DNA of 63,765 nt, the filler included, from Reclinomonas americana ATCC 50394 (taxonomy: Eukaryota): NCBI GenBank assembly GCA_048213135.1. It is 20 parts of 20 records of this genome, joined end to end, with 100 filler letters (N's around TTAATTAATTAA, not from the genome) between each part and the next. Parts side by side here need not be neighbours in the genome. Positions count along the whole stretch, not along the records: positions 45,661 to 49,565 come from AFZH01024415.1; positions 49,666 to 51,568 come from AFZH01024416.1; positions 51,669 to 55,690 come from AFZH01024417.1; positions 55,791 to 61,371 come from AFZH01024418.1; 16 more parts are not named here. One strand, 5' to 3'. The notes beneath the pieces are model-generated. The model ran no database searches, had not been told where the DNA came from, and worked only from the letters and a program-made list of their open reading frames with translations. How positions within the stretch are numbered: position 1 is the first letter of the stretch; every line of letters starts with the position of its first letter. This document shows, one piece after another, positions 46,690-59,100 of the stretch. The translations under genes were made by a program, and so were the position numbers.

Positions 46690-48633
46690 TTACAACTTGG
46701 CGCGCAACTGCAGGCGCATCTTGACCGGTCCCAGCTCCAGCACCTCCTTGGCCACGCGCTCTCCGCTCTCTAGCGCGCCCTCAATGTATCCGACCCACAC
46801 GCTGGCCGTCTCCGTGCCCGTCCAGTGGATGCGGCCGCAGGGAACGCGAAGCTGTGATGCCACCTGTGGGGGGTGCAGGGAAATGGTGCACAGTCAGTCG
46901 CGGAAGGGAGAGGGAAGAGAGAAGAGAGGGAAGAGAAAAGAGACGGGCAGATGCCCTCCCCAAAAAGAGCCACAAAGAGAGGGATGGCGAGGACGTAAAA
47001 GAGGCAACGGCTTTGGAAGCATGGACAGAATCCGCATGGGCAGAGAAGAAGCGCAATGTCGTGCATGCAACTGACATCGACGCATCTCATACCGCTGTCT
47101 CTCTTCCCCCTCACCATACCTCTCTGTGTATAGTCTCCCCACCTGTCACTCGGCCTTTCCCGCTATCTCCCTCATATTCACACAAAATTCACATGTGATT
47201 GTTATCCATGCATCACACACCGTTATCACCCGTAACCTTTGCCACTCTCTTTCTTTTGCCCTGTGAGTTCTCTGTACACCAACGGCATTTCTCTTTTCGC
47301 CCTCGCCACCCCTTTCTTTGTTCAGATGCGTCAACCAGCTGAAATCGTTGCTTCCCTTTCCCTCCCTACCCCCTTCCCCCTCTTCCCCCTCCCTTCCCCC
47401 CTCCCTTTCCCGTTACCCCACCCACCTCCTCATTCAATCCGGGCACCACATTCGCCACGTAGCAGCCGCGCGAGTGAATCTCCGACTGCCAATCGTCTGA
47501 TGTGTGCACACACACACACACACGAGTCAGCCACACACCACTCTCCCACTCCACTGGAATTATATTGAAGACGCAACGCATGGCCATGGCGAGCGGCTGC
47601 GCGGCCTCCTCGCCAAACCAGCCCACCAGCTGGTCAATCAGCTTCTTTCGCAGCTTCTCCCGCTTCGCCGGGCATCCCTCCACCGAGTTGGCGTCGGGGT
47701 TGGTGCCGGCACCGGCCCACTTGCGCGCGCTCTTGCCGACGAGGAAGCCGACCAACGCCGGGACCAGCGTGCCGTCCTTGCCGGGGAAGGAGTCGTCGTA
47801 GACGAGCGAGAAGCCGTCGCCGTCCGAGAGCACCTCGCCACTGAAGCCCTTGTTGCGCCAGAAGGGGTGGCTGTACAGCAGCAGAATCTGCCGCACAAGC
47901 ACGATTCAGGAAAAGAAACAAGAGACAAATCATCTCTCCCACGTACCTTGACGACGCTTCCCATGGGCATGTGCTGGAAAATGGCGTCGCGCGAGTACGG
48001 CAACGCCGGCTCGTACCAGATGCGGCCGGCAATAGGTGGCGGCACGGCCATGATGCACACTTGGCGCGCGTGCACCGCCGTGTAGCCCGAATCACTGTCC
48101 ATCTCCACGAGCACGCCGGTGGTTGGGCGGCCGTTGAGGGCACGCGAGGCCGCACGGCCCTGCAGCACGCGAGTCACGCGCGACTTGAGCAACAGTCGAT
48201 GCTGGGGGAGCTGGCTGGCGAGGCCCGTGGAAATCTGCATCATGCCACCGACCACGCGGTCCTGTTGCGCGCCGCCGTGGATGTTGGCCACATTGGCGTC
48301 TGACTCACATGAAGACAAAGAGTGAGACGAATCCCAAGCAGGAGGGCTAAACAGGGATGGATCACGCAACAGCCGCCGGTCTTGTTCAAAAACGTGGCAT
48401 AGTACGCCGGCGAAATCTGCTTCGGATCGCACGCATATACCGTGCGCAGCAGCAACGACAGAATGGTGCGCGCAAACGGCGTCTTCATCTCGCGCTGCAT
48501 GCGCGTCTCCATCGTTTCCTCGTCGGCGCTCTCTGGCACCGTCCCGTTCGGCACGTCCTTCAGAGCCATCACATCCAGTCGCTCGATCTCGGCGTCCAGG
48601 TCGGCGGCTGAGGTGCCGGCGCTGATGTTGCCG
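46690..48633 (-). CDS. Flavin-containing monoamine oxidase-like protein, 5' truncated, ending -AKL
   Basis: GGAQQDRVVGGMMQIS, PMGSVVK|ILLLYSHPFWR, SRGCY, RIHWTGTETA..W.GYIEGALESGER; TAA stop at 46692-46690. Confidence 0.92.
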
Positions 48634-49665
48634 CTGTGGGGAGAGGGAGGGGATGGACAGGGTGAGAAGAGGTGGAGGGGAGGGAGGCAATGAGAAGAGG
48701 TGGAGGAGAGGGAGTGGATGAGAAGGGCAGTGGCCTAGATACATATGAGGCAGTGAGTAAGAGGGACAGGAGTATCAACACGAGAGAGAATGTGCGTGAG
48801 AGAGAGAAGAAGAAGAAGAAGAAAGATAGAAAGAGAAAGGTGTCAACGGAGAGAAGGGACACCACGAAAACGATCTTCGTGTTGCACGAGAAGAGAGTAG
48901 AGATCAGAAAGAGAGTGCGCGACAGGAGAGGGAGAGGGAGAGGGAGAGAGACACAGAGGTACTAGAGAGAAGGACAAGTTGGTCACGGCGTCGACTCAAC
49001 CATCGACAACAGCAAGGAGGCAGCAAGCACGAGAAAGTGAGAGGCAAGCGCGCGCGCGCGCGCGAGAGAGAAAGGAACAGCAACAAGACGACAGAGCAGC
49101 GACCGTTGGCGTCGACTCAACCATCGACTGCAGCAAATGCAATGGCAGAGAGAGCCAAAGGGTGGCAGCAAGCAAGCACGAGAGAGTGTATGAGAGACAA
49201 AGCGAGAGATAAACAACAAGAACCAGACGAGAGAGTAGCGTCTATTCAAGCAACATCTGCGTCATCCACAGCGGAAGACAAGGGCAGACAGAGAAAAGCA
49301 GGCTGTGAGCACAACAAAGAGAGAGAGGCAAGGCAGAGAAATGAACAACAGCTACAAGACGACAGGCACCGCGTTCACGCGACAGCTCAAAGAGAGAGAG
49401 AGAAACAACACGAAACAGATGACGACTAGGCTGCAGAAGGCAAAGGGACACAAGCGTAAACAAGTAAACACTGCAGGATGAAGCGAGAGAGAGAGAGAGA
49501 GAGCGGAAGAAAAGAGAAACAGATGACGACTAGGCTGACAAAAGGCAAAGGGACACAAGCGTAAANNNNNNNNNNNNNNNNNNNNNNNNNNNNNNNNNNN
49601 NNNNNNNNNTTAATTAATTAANNNNNNNNNNNNNNNNNNNNNNNNNNNNNNNNNNNNNNNNNNNN

Positions 49666-51241
49666 TGTCAGTGCGGCGATTGTGGAGGCCGGCAGTCTGA
49701 GTGTGTCGAGTGCGTTGAGCTCGGCTGGCGTCATCAGCGGAGGGAGTGTGACGACGGCTGGCACACTGGAGAGCGGATCGCTGAGCACGTTCGGTGTGAT
49801 TAGCGGCGGCAGCTTGACGACGGCCGGGCGTGTCAGTGCGGCGATTGTGGAGGCTGGCAGTCTGAGTGTGTCGAGTGCATTGAGCTCGTCTGGCATCGTG
49901 TCCGGTGGCAGTGTGACGACGGCGGGCACATTGGAGAGCGGATCGGTCAGCACATTTGGTGTGATCAGTGGCGGCAGTGTGACGACGGTCGGTACACTGC
50001 AGAGCAGTTCAGTCAGCACCTTCGGTGTGATCAGCAGCGGCAGTGTGACGACCGCTGGTTCTCTGCAAGGCGGCAGCATCAGCACTCTCGGCGTGATCAA
50101 TGCCGGCGGTCTGATCACTGGCGGCAGCGTGACGACCGCTGGATCTCTGCAAGGCGGCAGCATCAGCACTGGGTCGAGCGTCTCCACGAGCTTTGTGACG
50201 CTGAGTACGAATTCGAGCAACCCAACTCCGCTGTCTGGGAGCATCACAGTGTTCTTTGATGGCAATGATGTTACGTGTTTTTTTTTTTCGCATCAACGGT
50301 TTCCTGTGTAATCTCCTTCTCATCTTCTTCGATAACGCAGCTCGTGTATCGCACAAGCAGTGCGACGAATTTCGTGGTCACTGCCAGCATGTCGGACGCG
50401 AAACTCAAGTCTAATGTGCGGCCCATTGAGAATGCACTCTCCGTGGTTCTGCGCCTGCAGGGTCGTCGGTACGAGTGGAATGAGGTTTGTGTTGCATCCT
50501 TCCGTCCACGGTACTTATTTTCTCCGTTCATTGGCGCTGACCGTGCCCAACAACTTGCAGATGTCTCGTGCCTTTGGCAAGACTGCAGGAAGCTCTGCCA
50601 TCGGTTTCATTGCGCAGGAGCTCGAGCAGCTGTTCCCGGAGTTGGTGACGGAGGTGACTGGTGTTCGCGGAGAGCGATTCAAGAAGGTGGACTACGGCCC
50701 TGTGGTTGCCGTTCTTGTGGAGGCCATTCGCGATCAGCAGGCCATGATGGTGGAGCGAGAGGAGCGGTTCCGCGAGCGGTTGGAGGAGGAGGTCGAAGAG
50801 AGGCTGGCGGAGGAGAGACGCCGTGATGCCGAGGAGCTCGAGGAGCGATTGGCCAAGGAGCGTGTGGCCGCGAAGCAGCGACTGGAGAAGGAGGTAGAAG
50901 AGAAGCTTGTGGAGGAGAGGCGTCGCAACACTGAGGAACTTCAGCAACGACTGGCAGAGGAGCGTGCGAATGTGCAGCAGGAGGTCGAAGAGAAGCTTGC
51001 CCGGAAGTTGGAGCAGCGGTTGGCAGAGGAGCGCTTGAACATGCAGCAGCAGCTGGCCGACCGCTCCGCAAAGGAACTTCGGCAACGACTGGCGGAGGAG
51101 CGTGCAAATGTGCAGCAGCAGCTTGCCGAGGAGAGACGCCGTGCCACCGAGCAGCTTGAGCAGCGACTTGCGGAAGAGCACTTGATCATGCAGAAGGCGC
51201 TCCGAGCCGGACTGCGCCAACTCATGGACGACAAGAAATAA
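49666..51241 (+). CDS. G/S/T/V-repeat fibre-like protein with a Peptidase_S74 intramolecular chaperone domain and coiled-coil tail; 5' truncated, 2 introns
   Basis: Exons 49666-50269, 50341-50484 and 50561-51241 give ...TASM-SDAKLKSNVRPIENALSVVLRLQGRRYEWN...IGFIAQELEQLFPELV...KKVDYGPVVAVLVEAIRD, matching the SDxRLK/GxIAQE/VxY pattern. Confidence 0.9.
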
Positions 51242-51292
51242 ACGTCCTGCAGTCCCACACTCATTTGTCCCTTCGTTTTCCTTACAAGTATC

Positions 51293-52585
51293 ATGCTGCG
51301 CGCTTTGGCCGTGCTCCTCGTGCTCCTCCACGTTGCGTCTCACCTCCTTGACACAAACACACAACAGAGAGAGACACCTAATGTAAAATTCGCGCAGGTC
51401 GCAGCTGCGTCGTCGTCGTTGTACGCGGCATTTGATGGCGCGCAGGCACTTGACACGCCCCCCGCCACTCATCTCTTCCGCTCTTCCTCTTCTTCCTCAA
51501 CAACAACAACAAGTGATGTTGTTGTGCTCAAGTCGGCGACTTCTGGTGCGGGCTTTGATCTGTTCCAANNNNNNNNNNNNNNNNNNNNNNNNNNNNNNNN
51601 NNNNNNNNNNNNTTAATTAATTAANNNNNNNNNNNNNNNNNNNNNNNNNNNNNNNNNNNNNNNNNNNNCCCCTCCTTCCCTCTCTCCTCCTCCTCCTCTC
51701 CTCCTTCCCTTCCCTTCCCTTCCCTTCCCTTCCCTTCCCTTCCTCTTCCCCTCCTTCCCCCTCCTCCCCCTTTTTCCCCCTCCTTCCCCCTCCTTCCCCC
51801 TCCTTCCCCTCTTCGCCTCACCCTCCCCACTCATCCCTCTCACACATAGCCCACCATGGACGGCCTCCACGTGGACGACGTCAGCACTCTCCTCTCCGAG
51901 GCCGGCGTCAAGGACGTGTCCTTTGACCGCGCCAGCCACGCCGTGGTGTTTGACGGTGCCGTCTTCCTCACCGTCGGCGACAAGGCCAACCGCAAGGTGC
52001 TGAATGAGCTGGTGGCGTTGGCCCGTCTGGCCGACACCCTGCCGACGACCGGCAACGTCTCGTTCTCCTTCTCGGGCCTGAAGGTGTGCCGTTCCCTTGC
52101 AATCTATCTCTTTCTTGTGATTTCTCTCATTTCTCCCCCCTTTGCCAGGCTCTCATCCGCCGCCTCGGTGGACGCACCGACGAGTACGAGACTGTGCGCG
52201 CTGCGTACGGCCAGCTGATCACCTCGTTCCTGGAGAAGACCGGCGCCCGCACGCTGACGTACGTGGCGGTGGTGGATGACTCGCGCAGCTCGACCGAGAT
52301 GACGCGCGAGCAGGCGGCCTTTGTGCAGTCGAACCTGCGCGTCAAGGCGACCAGTGGTGCCACCGTGACGACACCGCCGACGTGGCGAGTGAACAACTAC
52401 CAGCTCGGCGTGTGGACCATGATTGTGCTCTTTGTCGTCATGCTCGCCTTCACCGTCAGCACCTGCAACATGTCGAACTCCAAGGACTCGTACTCGCGCG
52501 AGGTAAGCATTGTCGCTGTCATGCTCTTTGTGTGGTGAGTGCGCTCTTAACATGGTCACTGCAGCTCTACCGCGACGAAATGTAA
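51293..52585 (+). CDS. ATP6AP2: ATP6AP2 / (pro)renin-receptor-like V-ATPase accessory protein; appears to span the spacer at 51569-51668
   Basis: Signal peptide MLRALAVLLVLLH.. and GFDLFQ lie before the gap. VLNEL...SFSGLK...G..TDEY, then NYQLGVWTMIVLFVVMLAFTVSTCNMSNSKDS..|LYR, lie after it and resemble the Renin_r TM and tail. Linkage across the gap is inferred. Confidence 0.68.
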
Positions 52586-52731
52586 CGCCTCCTCAGCGTC
52601 TGTGTTTCTTTTACGTGTGTGTTTTTTGTGTGTGCGGTGTTTGGCAAATTGAATGGTTGCTTGCGTGTGCTTGTCGTGTGTGCCTGGTTGGCATGAATGA
52701 AAGTGCGCGGTGATCGATAGCTTTCGTTTCT

Positions 52732-55419
52732 TCATTCGTCGTCTACTGTTTCCGCACCACCACGTCGACGCGGTTTGCGCTTGCTCGCCGCGTCTCCGGC
52801 AGAAGCCGTATGAGCGCGCTTCTTCGGCGGCTCATCTTCGTTTGCTACTGGTGCGGTGGCGGCAGCAGCTCCGCGCTTGCTACGCTTGCCAGCGACCTTG
52901 CCATTCCCCACCTTCTCCTCTACTGGCTGCGCCTCGACACCGTCGTCACCGTCGCCATCGCCGTCGCCGTCAACAGCGCGCTCTGCGACCCTGCCCTTGC
53001 GCTGCCGTGTCGGCTGTTTCTTGCCCCGCTTTCGCGGCGGCTCGCCGTCCTCGGTGGGCGTGGTCGGCGAGAGTGCGTCGGGCGTTGGCAGCGTGTCGCT
53101 GTCGCCACCGGCGCCATTCACCTGGAGCGGCGACAGACCCTGCTCTCCCGCATCGCGTCTGCGCTTCTTGTTCCGGCGACTCTTGCTGGCACTCGCTCCC
53201 TCCTCACCATTGGCGGCTGCTGCTGCTGCTGCGCTGGCGGGCTGTGATTTTTTTTTGGTGTGGTGAGTTAAGGGGGGACAAGCAGGTGCAACAGGATGCG
53301 AGCAACACACAACTTCCGGCGTGTCGCCGGCCTTCTTGGCAGCCGCCTGTGCGGCCTTGATTGCCTTGGTGGCTTCGGCGGTCGGCGTGAGGGGCTCGTA
53401 CACAATGTGCTTGCGACTGAGTGCACTCGACGATGTCTGCCGCTCGAGCGCGCCGGGTGCGCCTGGTGGCGGCGGGGGCGTTGGCACTTGCAGCGACAGT
53501 TCCACGGCGGCTTTCGCCGGCAGCGGTGACCCCTGCGTGGGAGACTGCGGCGATGTAACGGTAATGGCGGTGGTGTTGGCGGCTGTTGAAGCACCGACGG
53601 CAGGCTGGGACGGCGCTCTCTTGCGGCTCTTGACCATGGACAGGTAGTCGCGCTCTTCGTCGCCTGGTGGGGAAGAAGAAGTGAGCGAGGAGGAGAACAG
53701 GAGAGGGGAAGGGGAAGCGAGGCAGGACAAACCCTCAAGCAGCCGGATCGGCAAGTGTTGTGTGCCAAGTGACACGTGGTGGCCGCACGCTTGAAGAACA
53801 CGCTTGCAACCAGCCGGATTCGCCATGCGCACAAAGCACTGGAATGAGAATGGAAGAGGGTGAGCGGGAAAAATAAGGAAAGAGGTGATTCACGCTTCGC
53901 TGGTGACACACCGGGCCGGTGGAATCCGGCGACGCCAAGATCTTCTCCACGTCCACGTACGCCACCGGTGCCAGCGACATGAAGTAGTCCTGTTTATTGG
54001 AAGAAGGGATATGTGTGAGCCAAGGACAGGACAGGAGCAAGTGGGAGAATATGACTCAGGTAGACAGACGGGAGACGAGACGTGGGAGGCAACCGAGAAG
54101 GGAGAGAGGAGAGACAGAAGCAGGCGTGAAGGGACGCGCAGGGGAGAAATGATGTGAGACAGAAGATAGGAGGAGAAACAGAAGACGGGAAAAGACGTGG
54201 AAGGTAAGAGAATTAGAAAATGAGAGGCAAGAGACAACAGCAGAACAACAAAAGTGGAGAGATCGATTGCAGAGGAAAAGAAGAACGGAAGGCGGAGAAT
54301 CGAATATCCGAGAGAGCCTGTAATTACCTTGATCATCTGCCGGGTGACGCCGGGTGCCACGTTGTCCAGCACAAAAATAGTGCCTTCTTTCACTCCTTTC
54401 TTCGGTGCGTCACGGACCTGCTGCTGCGGCTTCTCTGGCGCGGCTGCCGTCTTGGCTCCTGCTTTCTTGCTGCCACTGCTGCTGCTGCTCGGTGCGGCAT
54501 CATCACCTTCAGATGTCTGCATGAGAGATGTCAGCACGGGCTTGCCGTATTCGCACTCTACAAATGGCGAATTTTGTACCTGCAAGCGCATCTGTGCCTT
54601 CTTCAGCTTCTTGAATTCGGTCTTGAAGGCCATCCACTGCAACTTGGGCATGCAGCTCCACCTGCGCACAGCGGCGTCGGCCTCCACCAGTGAGACAGCC
54701 CGGGCGACGCAGTCAGGCTCGTCAAACTCGATGAACGCGAAGCCTTTCACTTTGCGTTTCTGCGGGAAGAGGGACAAGAGCGGGTGAGATGGCAAGGGTA
54801 GAGATGTACGAAGGAGGAGACGACGACGGGGAAAGGAGGAGGAGAGGAAGTGGGAAAGAGGAAACGACGATGGGAAAGGAGGAGAAGACGACGACGGGAA
54901 AGGACGAGACGACGATGACGGGAATGGAGGAGACGACGACGGGAAAGGATAAGGAGACGACAACGGAAAGGAGGAGACGACGGCACGCCAGAAAGAGGAG
55001 ATCACGAAGACGGGACTGGCAGGAGATCATGACAGGAAACAGAACAGCGCTTCCAAACCTGCGGTTTATCGGGGCGGCTCGGCGGATGCTTGGGGATGCT
55101 GACTAGAATCACGGAGCCGGCCTGCGAAAAGTACTGCCGCAGTGATTCGTGTGTCTCCAGCGCGCCAATGCCCTCCAGGTACAGCGTGCGATCGTCGACA
55201 TTGCGCTTCTCCGGCAGCGGTCGTGTTCGCCGCACACGCAGGCCATCGTCACTCAGCTGGGGATCAGAAGATGTGAGCGCCATCGTCAGCATCACACAAC
55301 GCCCCACGTGCAAACCTCCAGCTCGGTGGATGCACGAATGCATTCGGTCAGCGTGGCAATGTCGCGCACGCCGAATTCGATTAGCTTGTTGAAGGCGAGG
55401 AAGGTGGAGAGGTCGACGT
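52732..55419 (-). CDS. LARP7: La-related protein of LARP7/p65 type (La motif, RRM1, xRRM), 5' truncated
   Basis: VDLSTFLAFNKL, LSDDGLRVRR, RTLYLE, KGFAFIEF, MPKLQWMAFKTEF (compare LARP7 SKSEWMDLKKEY), VAYVD and GDEERDY. Confidence 0.75.
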
Positions 55420-55608
55420 CTGGGTGTGAAAGGGAGAGGGTGGGTGAGCGATTAAGGACGAAGGGGGGAGAACAGGAAGAGAACTTGAAAGGCGACAGAG
55501 GAGGGCGAGGTGGAGCGGAAGTGCAGCGTGACAGTGTGACAAGAGTGAGAAGGAGAGAATGGCTGCAAGCACAGAGGCCAAGCGAAAGAGTGTGAGGCCA
55601 AGTGAATG

Positions 55609-55687
<79 letters not shown>

Positions 55688-56196
55688 TAGNNNNNNNNNN
55701 NNNNNNNNNNNNNNNNNNNNNNNNNNNNNNNNNNTTAATTAATTAANNNNNNNNNNNNNNNNNNNNNNNNNNNNNNNNNNNNNNNNNNNNAGAGAGAGAG
55801 AGAGAGAGAGAGAGAGTGAGAGAGAGGACTGACAAAGGAAGGGATTATGAAATGGAGAGAGGGAAAAGGAGCACTGGGAAGAGAGGAAAGGGAATGGATA
55901 ATGGAGGGAGTTGGGGGAGTGAGACGCTGGGAAGAGAGGAAAGGGAATGGGAAAGGAAGGAGAGAGAGAGAGGAGAGGGAAAGGAGGGAGAGTGTGAGAG
56001 AGGAGAGGGAAATTGCAAGTGAGACAGTGGCAAGAGAGGGGAAAGGGAAGGGGAAAGGATAGAGGGAGAGAGAAAAAGGGAGCGGAATGGGAAACGAAAG
56101 TGAGACAGTGGCAACAGGCGAAGGGGGAGGGGAAAGGGAGCGGACACTGGGAAAGGAAGAAATAACGGAACGTGAGATGGATCATCACAGACGCAC

Positions 56197-59100
56197 CTCG
56201 TTCAGCACGCCGGCCAAGTGCGACGGGAACAGCCGTCGCTTCCACACCACCGTGTATACGACACAGGCCACCACGCACGCAAGTGAGGTGGCCAGCAAAC
56301 CAAAGCTGCGCTTCATCAGCGTCCACGCTGCAATTAGAGAGCAAGTGAGTGTGCGCCAAACAAGGAACGGGGGTGGCGGACGAGAACGCACCCATCCACA
56401 CAATGAACATGAGCGTGACTTGGTAGAACGGGATCAGTGACATGCGTTCCAGCATGATCGGCGTCGAGTACAGCGGCGTGCCCTCTGCAGGTCGCGGGTC
56501 GCCTGATACCAGGTTTCGGTAGAACGCGTACCTGCCGAGCAGGGTCAGAAATGGATTGATGCGACAGAAGAGGGAGAGAGAGGCCACAGAGGAGGGTGGA
56601 GCTAAAGTGGAGGAGTGGCGAGGTGAAATGAGGGATGAGAGGCGACGACGGCGAGAGAAGAGGAAGAGAGGCCACATGAAAGGGTGAAGCAGCAGAGAAC
56701 GGCCGTGTAACGACAGAGGAATAGAGAGACGACGACGGCGGCAGAAAGGAAGAGGGGTCTCACGATGAAGAGGAATACATCAGCTGCAAGGAGCAGAGAG
56801 AGAGGAGACGAATAAGGCAGCAGAAGAGGGAGAAGGGCCACAAGAGGGTGGAGTAATAGAGAAGGGCGGCAAGGAGAAAGGAGAGAAGGGTGGCGAGGAG
56901 AAAGGAGGGACGAGTGAGGAAGAAGGCGACAGAAGAGGAAAAGAGGCCACATGAGGGAGAAGCAAAAGAGAAGAATGGCGAGGAGGAAGGAGGGATGAGA
57001 GGCGAAGACGGCGACAGAAGAGTGAAAGGTCACAGGAGAGGTGGAGCACAAGACGAGGGGTGGCGAGGAGAAAGGAGGGATGAGAGACGGAGACAGGAGA
57101 GAGACGAGGTGAGAGGGTTATGCAGAAGAGAATGGCAGCGAGGAGAAAGACGAAGACTGGAGAGAGACACGCAACGCAACTTGTCGGCCAGATAGTTGCA
57201 GAAGATCAGTCCGAGACCAAGTGGTGCAGTAAGAGGCAAGTAAATGCTGTCAAGCAAACATCCTATGAGCAGGAGGCAAGGTAGAGGTATCAACTGCAAC
57301 CACGCACCCCAAAACCACCACAATCGACAGTACAGTATACAAGTCGGCGATCGACGTCGTGTACTCAAAGTCCCAGGGCGCCTGTAGCGACAGGGCGTGA
57401 GTGCAACATCGTGACCACTGCACCAGTAATCAACGCACCACAGCCGATCGCAAGTCCGACGGCGTCTTGGCGAAGTACGCCTTCACGGCTGTCATCAGCG
57501 CCGGCAGGATGAACGATCCCTGTTGCAAGAGAGGCCAATCAATTACCGCTGTCTACATCCACTTTTGCACTGTCAGCAGGTCCACCCCCCTCTCTCTCTC
57601 TGTCTGTCCTCCTTTCTTTCCGAATGTCTTCTTTGTTCTATCTCCTCTCTCTCTCTCTCTCTCTCGCTCTCTGCTGACCGCTTCGCCGTCATTCTTGATC
57701 TTTCTCACTGCTTTCGCTTTCCTTCTCTACCTGTCCTCTCCTTTCCTTCTGCCTGTCGTCCTTGTTCTATCTCCTCTCTCTCTCATACACACACACACAC
57801 TCTGCTCTTGCCGCATTGCTTTCTGTCTCTATCCTTCATTTCATTCCGTGTCCTTTTCTCTACATTCCTCTGTCTCTGCCATTCTCGCTTCGCTGTCTTT
57901 CTTCCCCTCTTCCTCTCTCCCCCGTCTCTCCCTCTTTGCTCCTATCTCCCCAGCACGCACCTTGAGCGACGTCAGCAGGAAGAACACAATCATGAGGTAC
58001 GAGAAGAAGAAGGCGCCGGAGTTCGGCAGGAACGTCTGCGTGCCACCAACACCAACACATCAGTCTCATGATAACGAACTTCCAACTTGCGCGCACAAAT
58101 GCACCTGCAGCAACACATCAAAGAAATCGCGCTCCTCCACGCTGTTGCGCAGCGCCTCGAACACCGTGCCACCGATGAGCTGGATGACGACAACGGCCAC
58201 GGTGTTGTAGAGACACAGACGGAACAGGAAACGCGAATTCACCGCGTCGAGATCCAGTGGTCGGGCCAGTCGCACGAGCCCTGCAGCGCAACGGCGAAGG
58301 AGTCAGAGGCTGTTGGCTGGTAGGCGAGATGGACGCACGCACATTTCACAACAGCGGGCACAATCAGGCTGACCACAAAGAGCAGGATCACGGGGAGGTA
58401 TTGCTGCAAGCGGGGATGAAGGTGAGATCAGGTCACAAACATCGAGGAGAGTGAGACAAACACACCGTGAGCAGACTGCCGACCCACGGTGAGAGGTTGC
58501 TGATGAACTTGAGGAAGCCAACCTTGGTGGCCAGCTGCAATTCAACCAGCATCAGCAACGCAACTCGATATCTCCTTCCCCGCAACTCACGCAACAGCAT
58601 CGAGACTGGAGGCAATGACAGACGGACTGGAGAACATCACCACGAGAACGGCAAAGAGGAGACCGGCCATCACCGTCAACGCCACCTGCATGGCGCGCGA
58701 CATGTGCATGTGCTCCCAGATGATGCGGTCAAAGTGCAGATGCACTGCAGAGGTCACGCGCCACGGGAAGCGGTGCTGTGCGGACCTCGTGTGAGACAGG
58801 GAGACGGCGGGGTGCATTGATGTCAAAGCTGACCTTCAAACAGGCTTGCACGCGAGCAGGCCAGTCCAGCACGACAAACGCCCTGCCACCGCACACGCGC
58901 AGCTCGCGGCTCGCCGCCTCCAACAACTGGTCAATGTCGCGATGTTCGGTGGCCGCAGGCGGTCGTCGAGATGTTTCGGCACCGCTGGCAGACACCACCG
59001 CCAGCTCCGTGCCCCCCTGTCCAGCAATGACAGCCTGCAGGTCACGGACAGCATTTTGCAGCACGGCCAGATCCTGCGCGGCGCGCTTTGGCGTGCTAGA

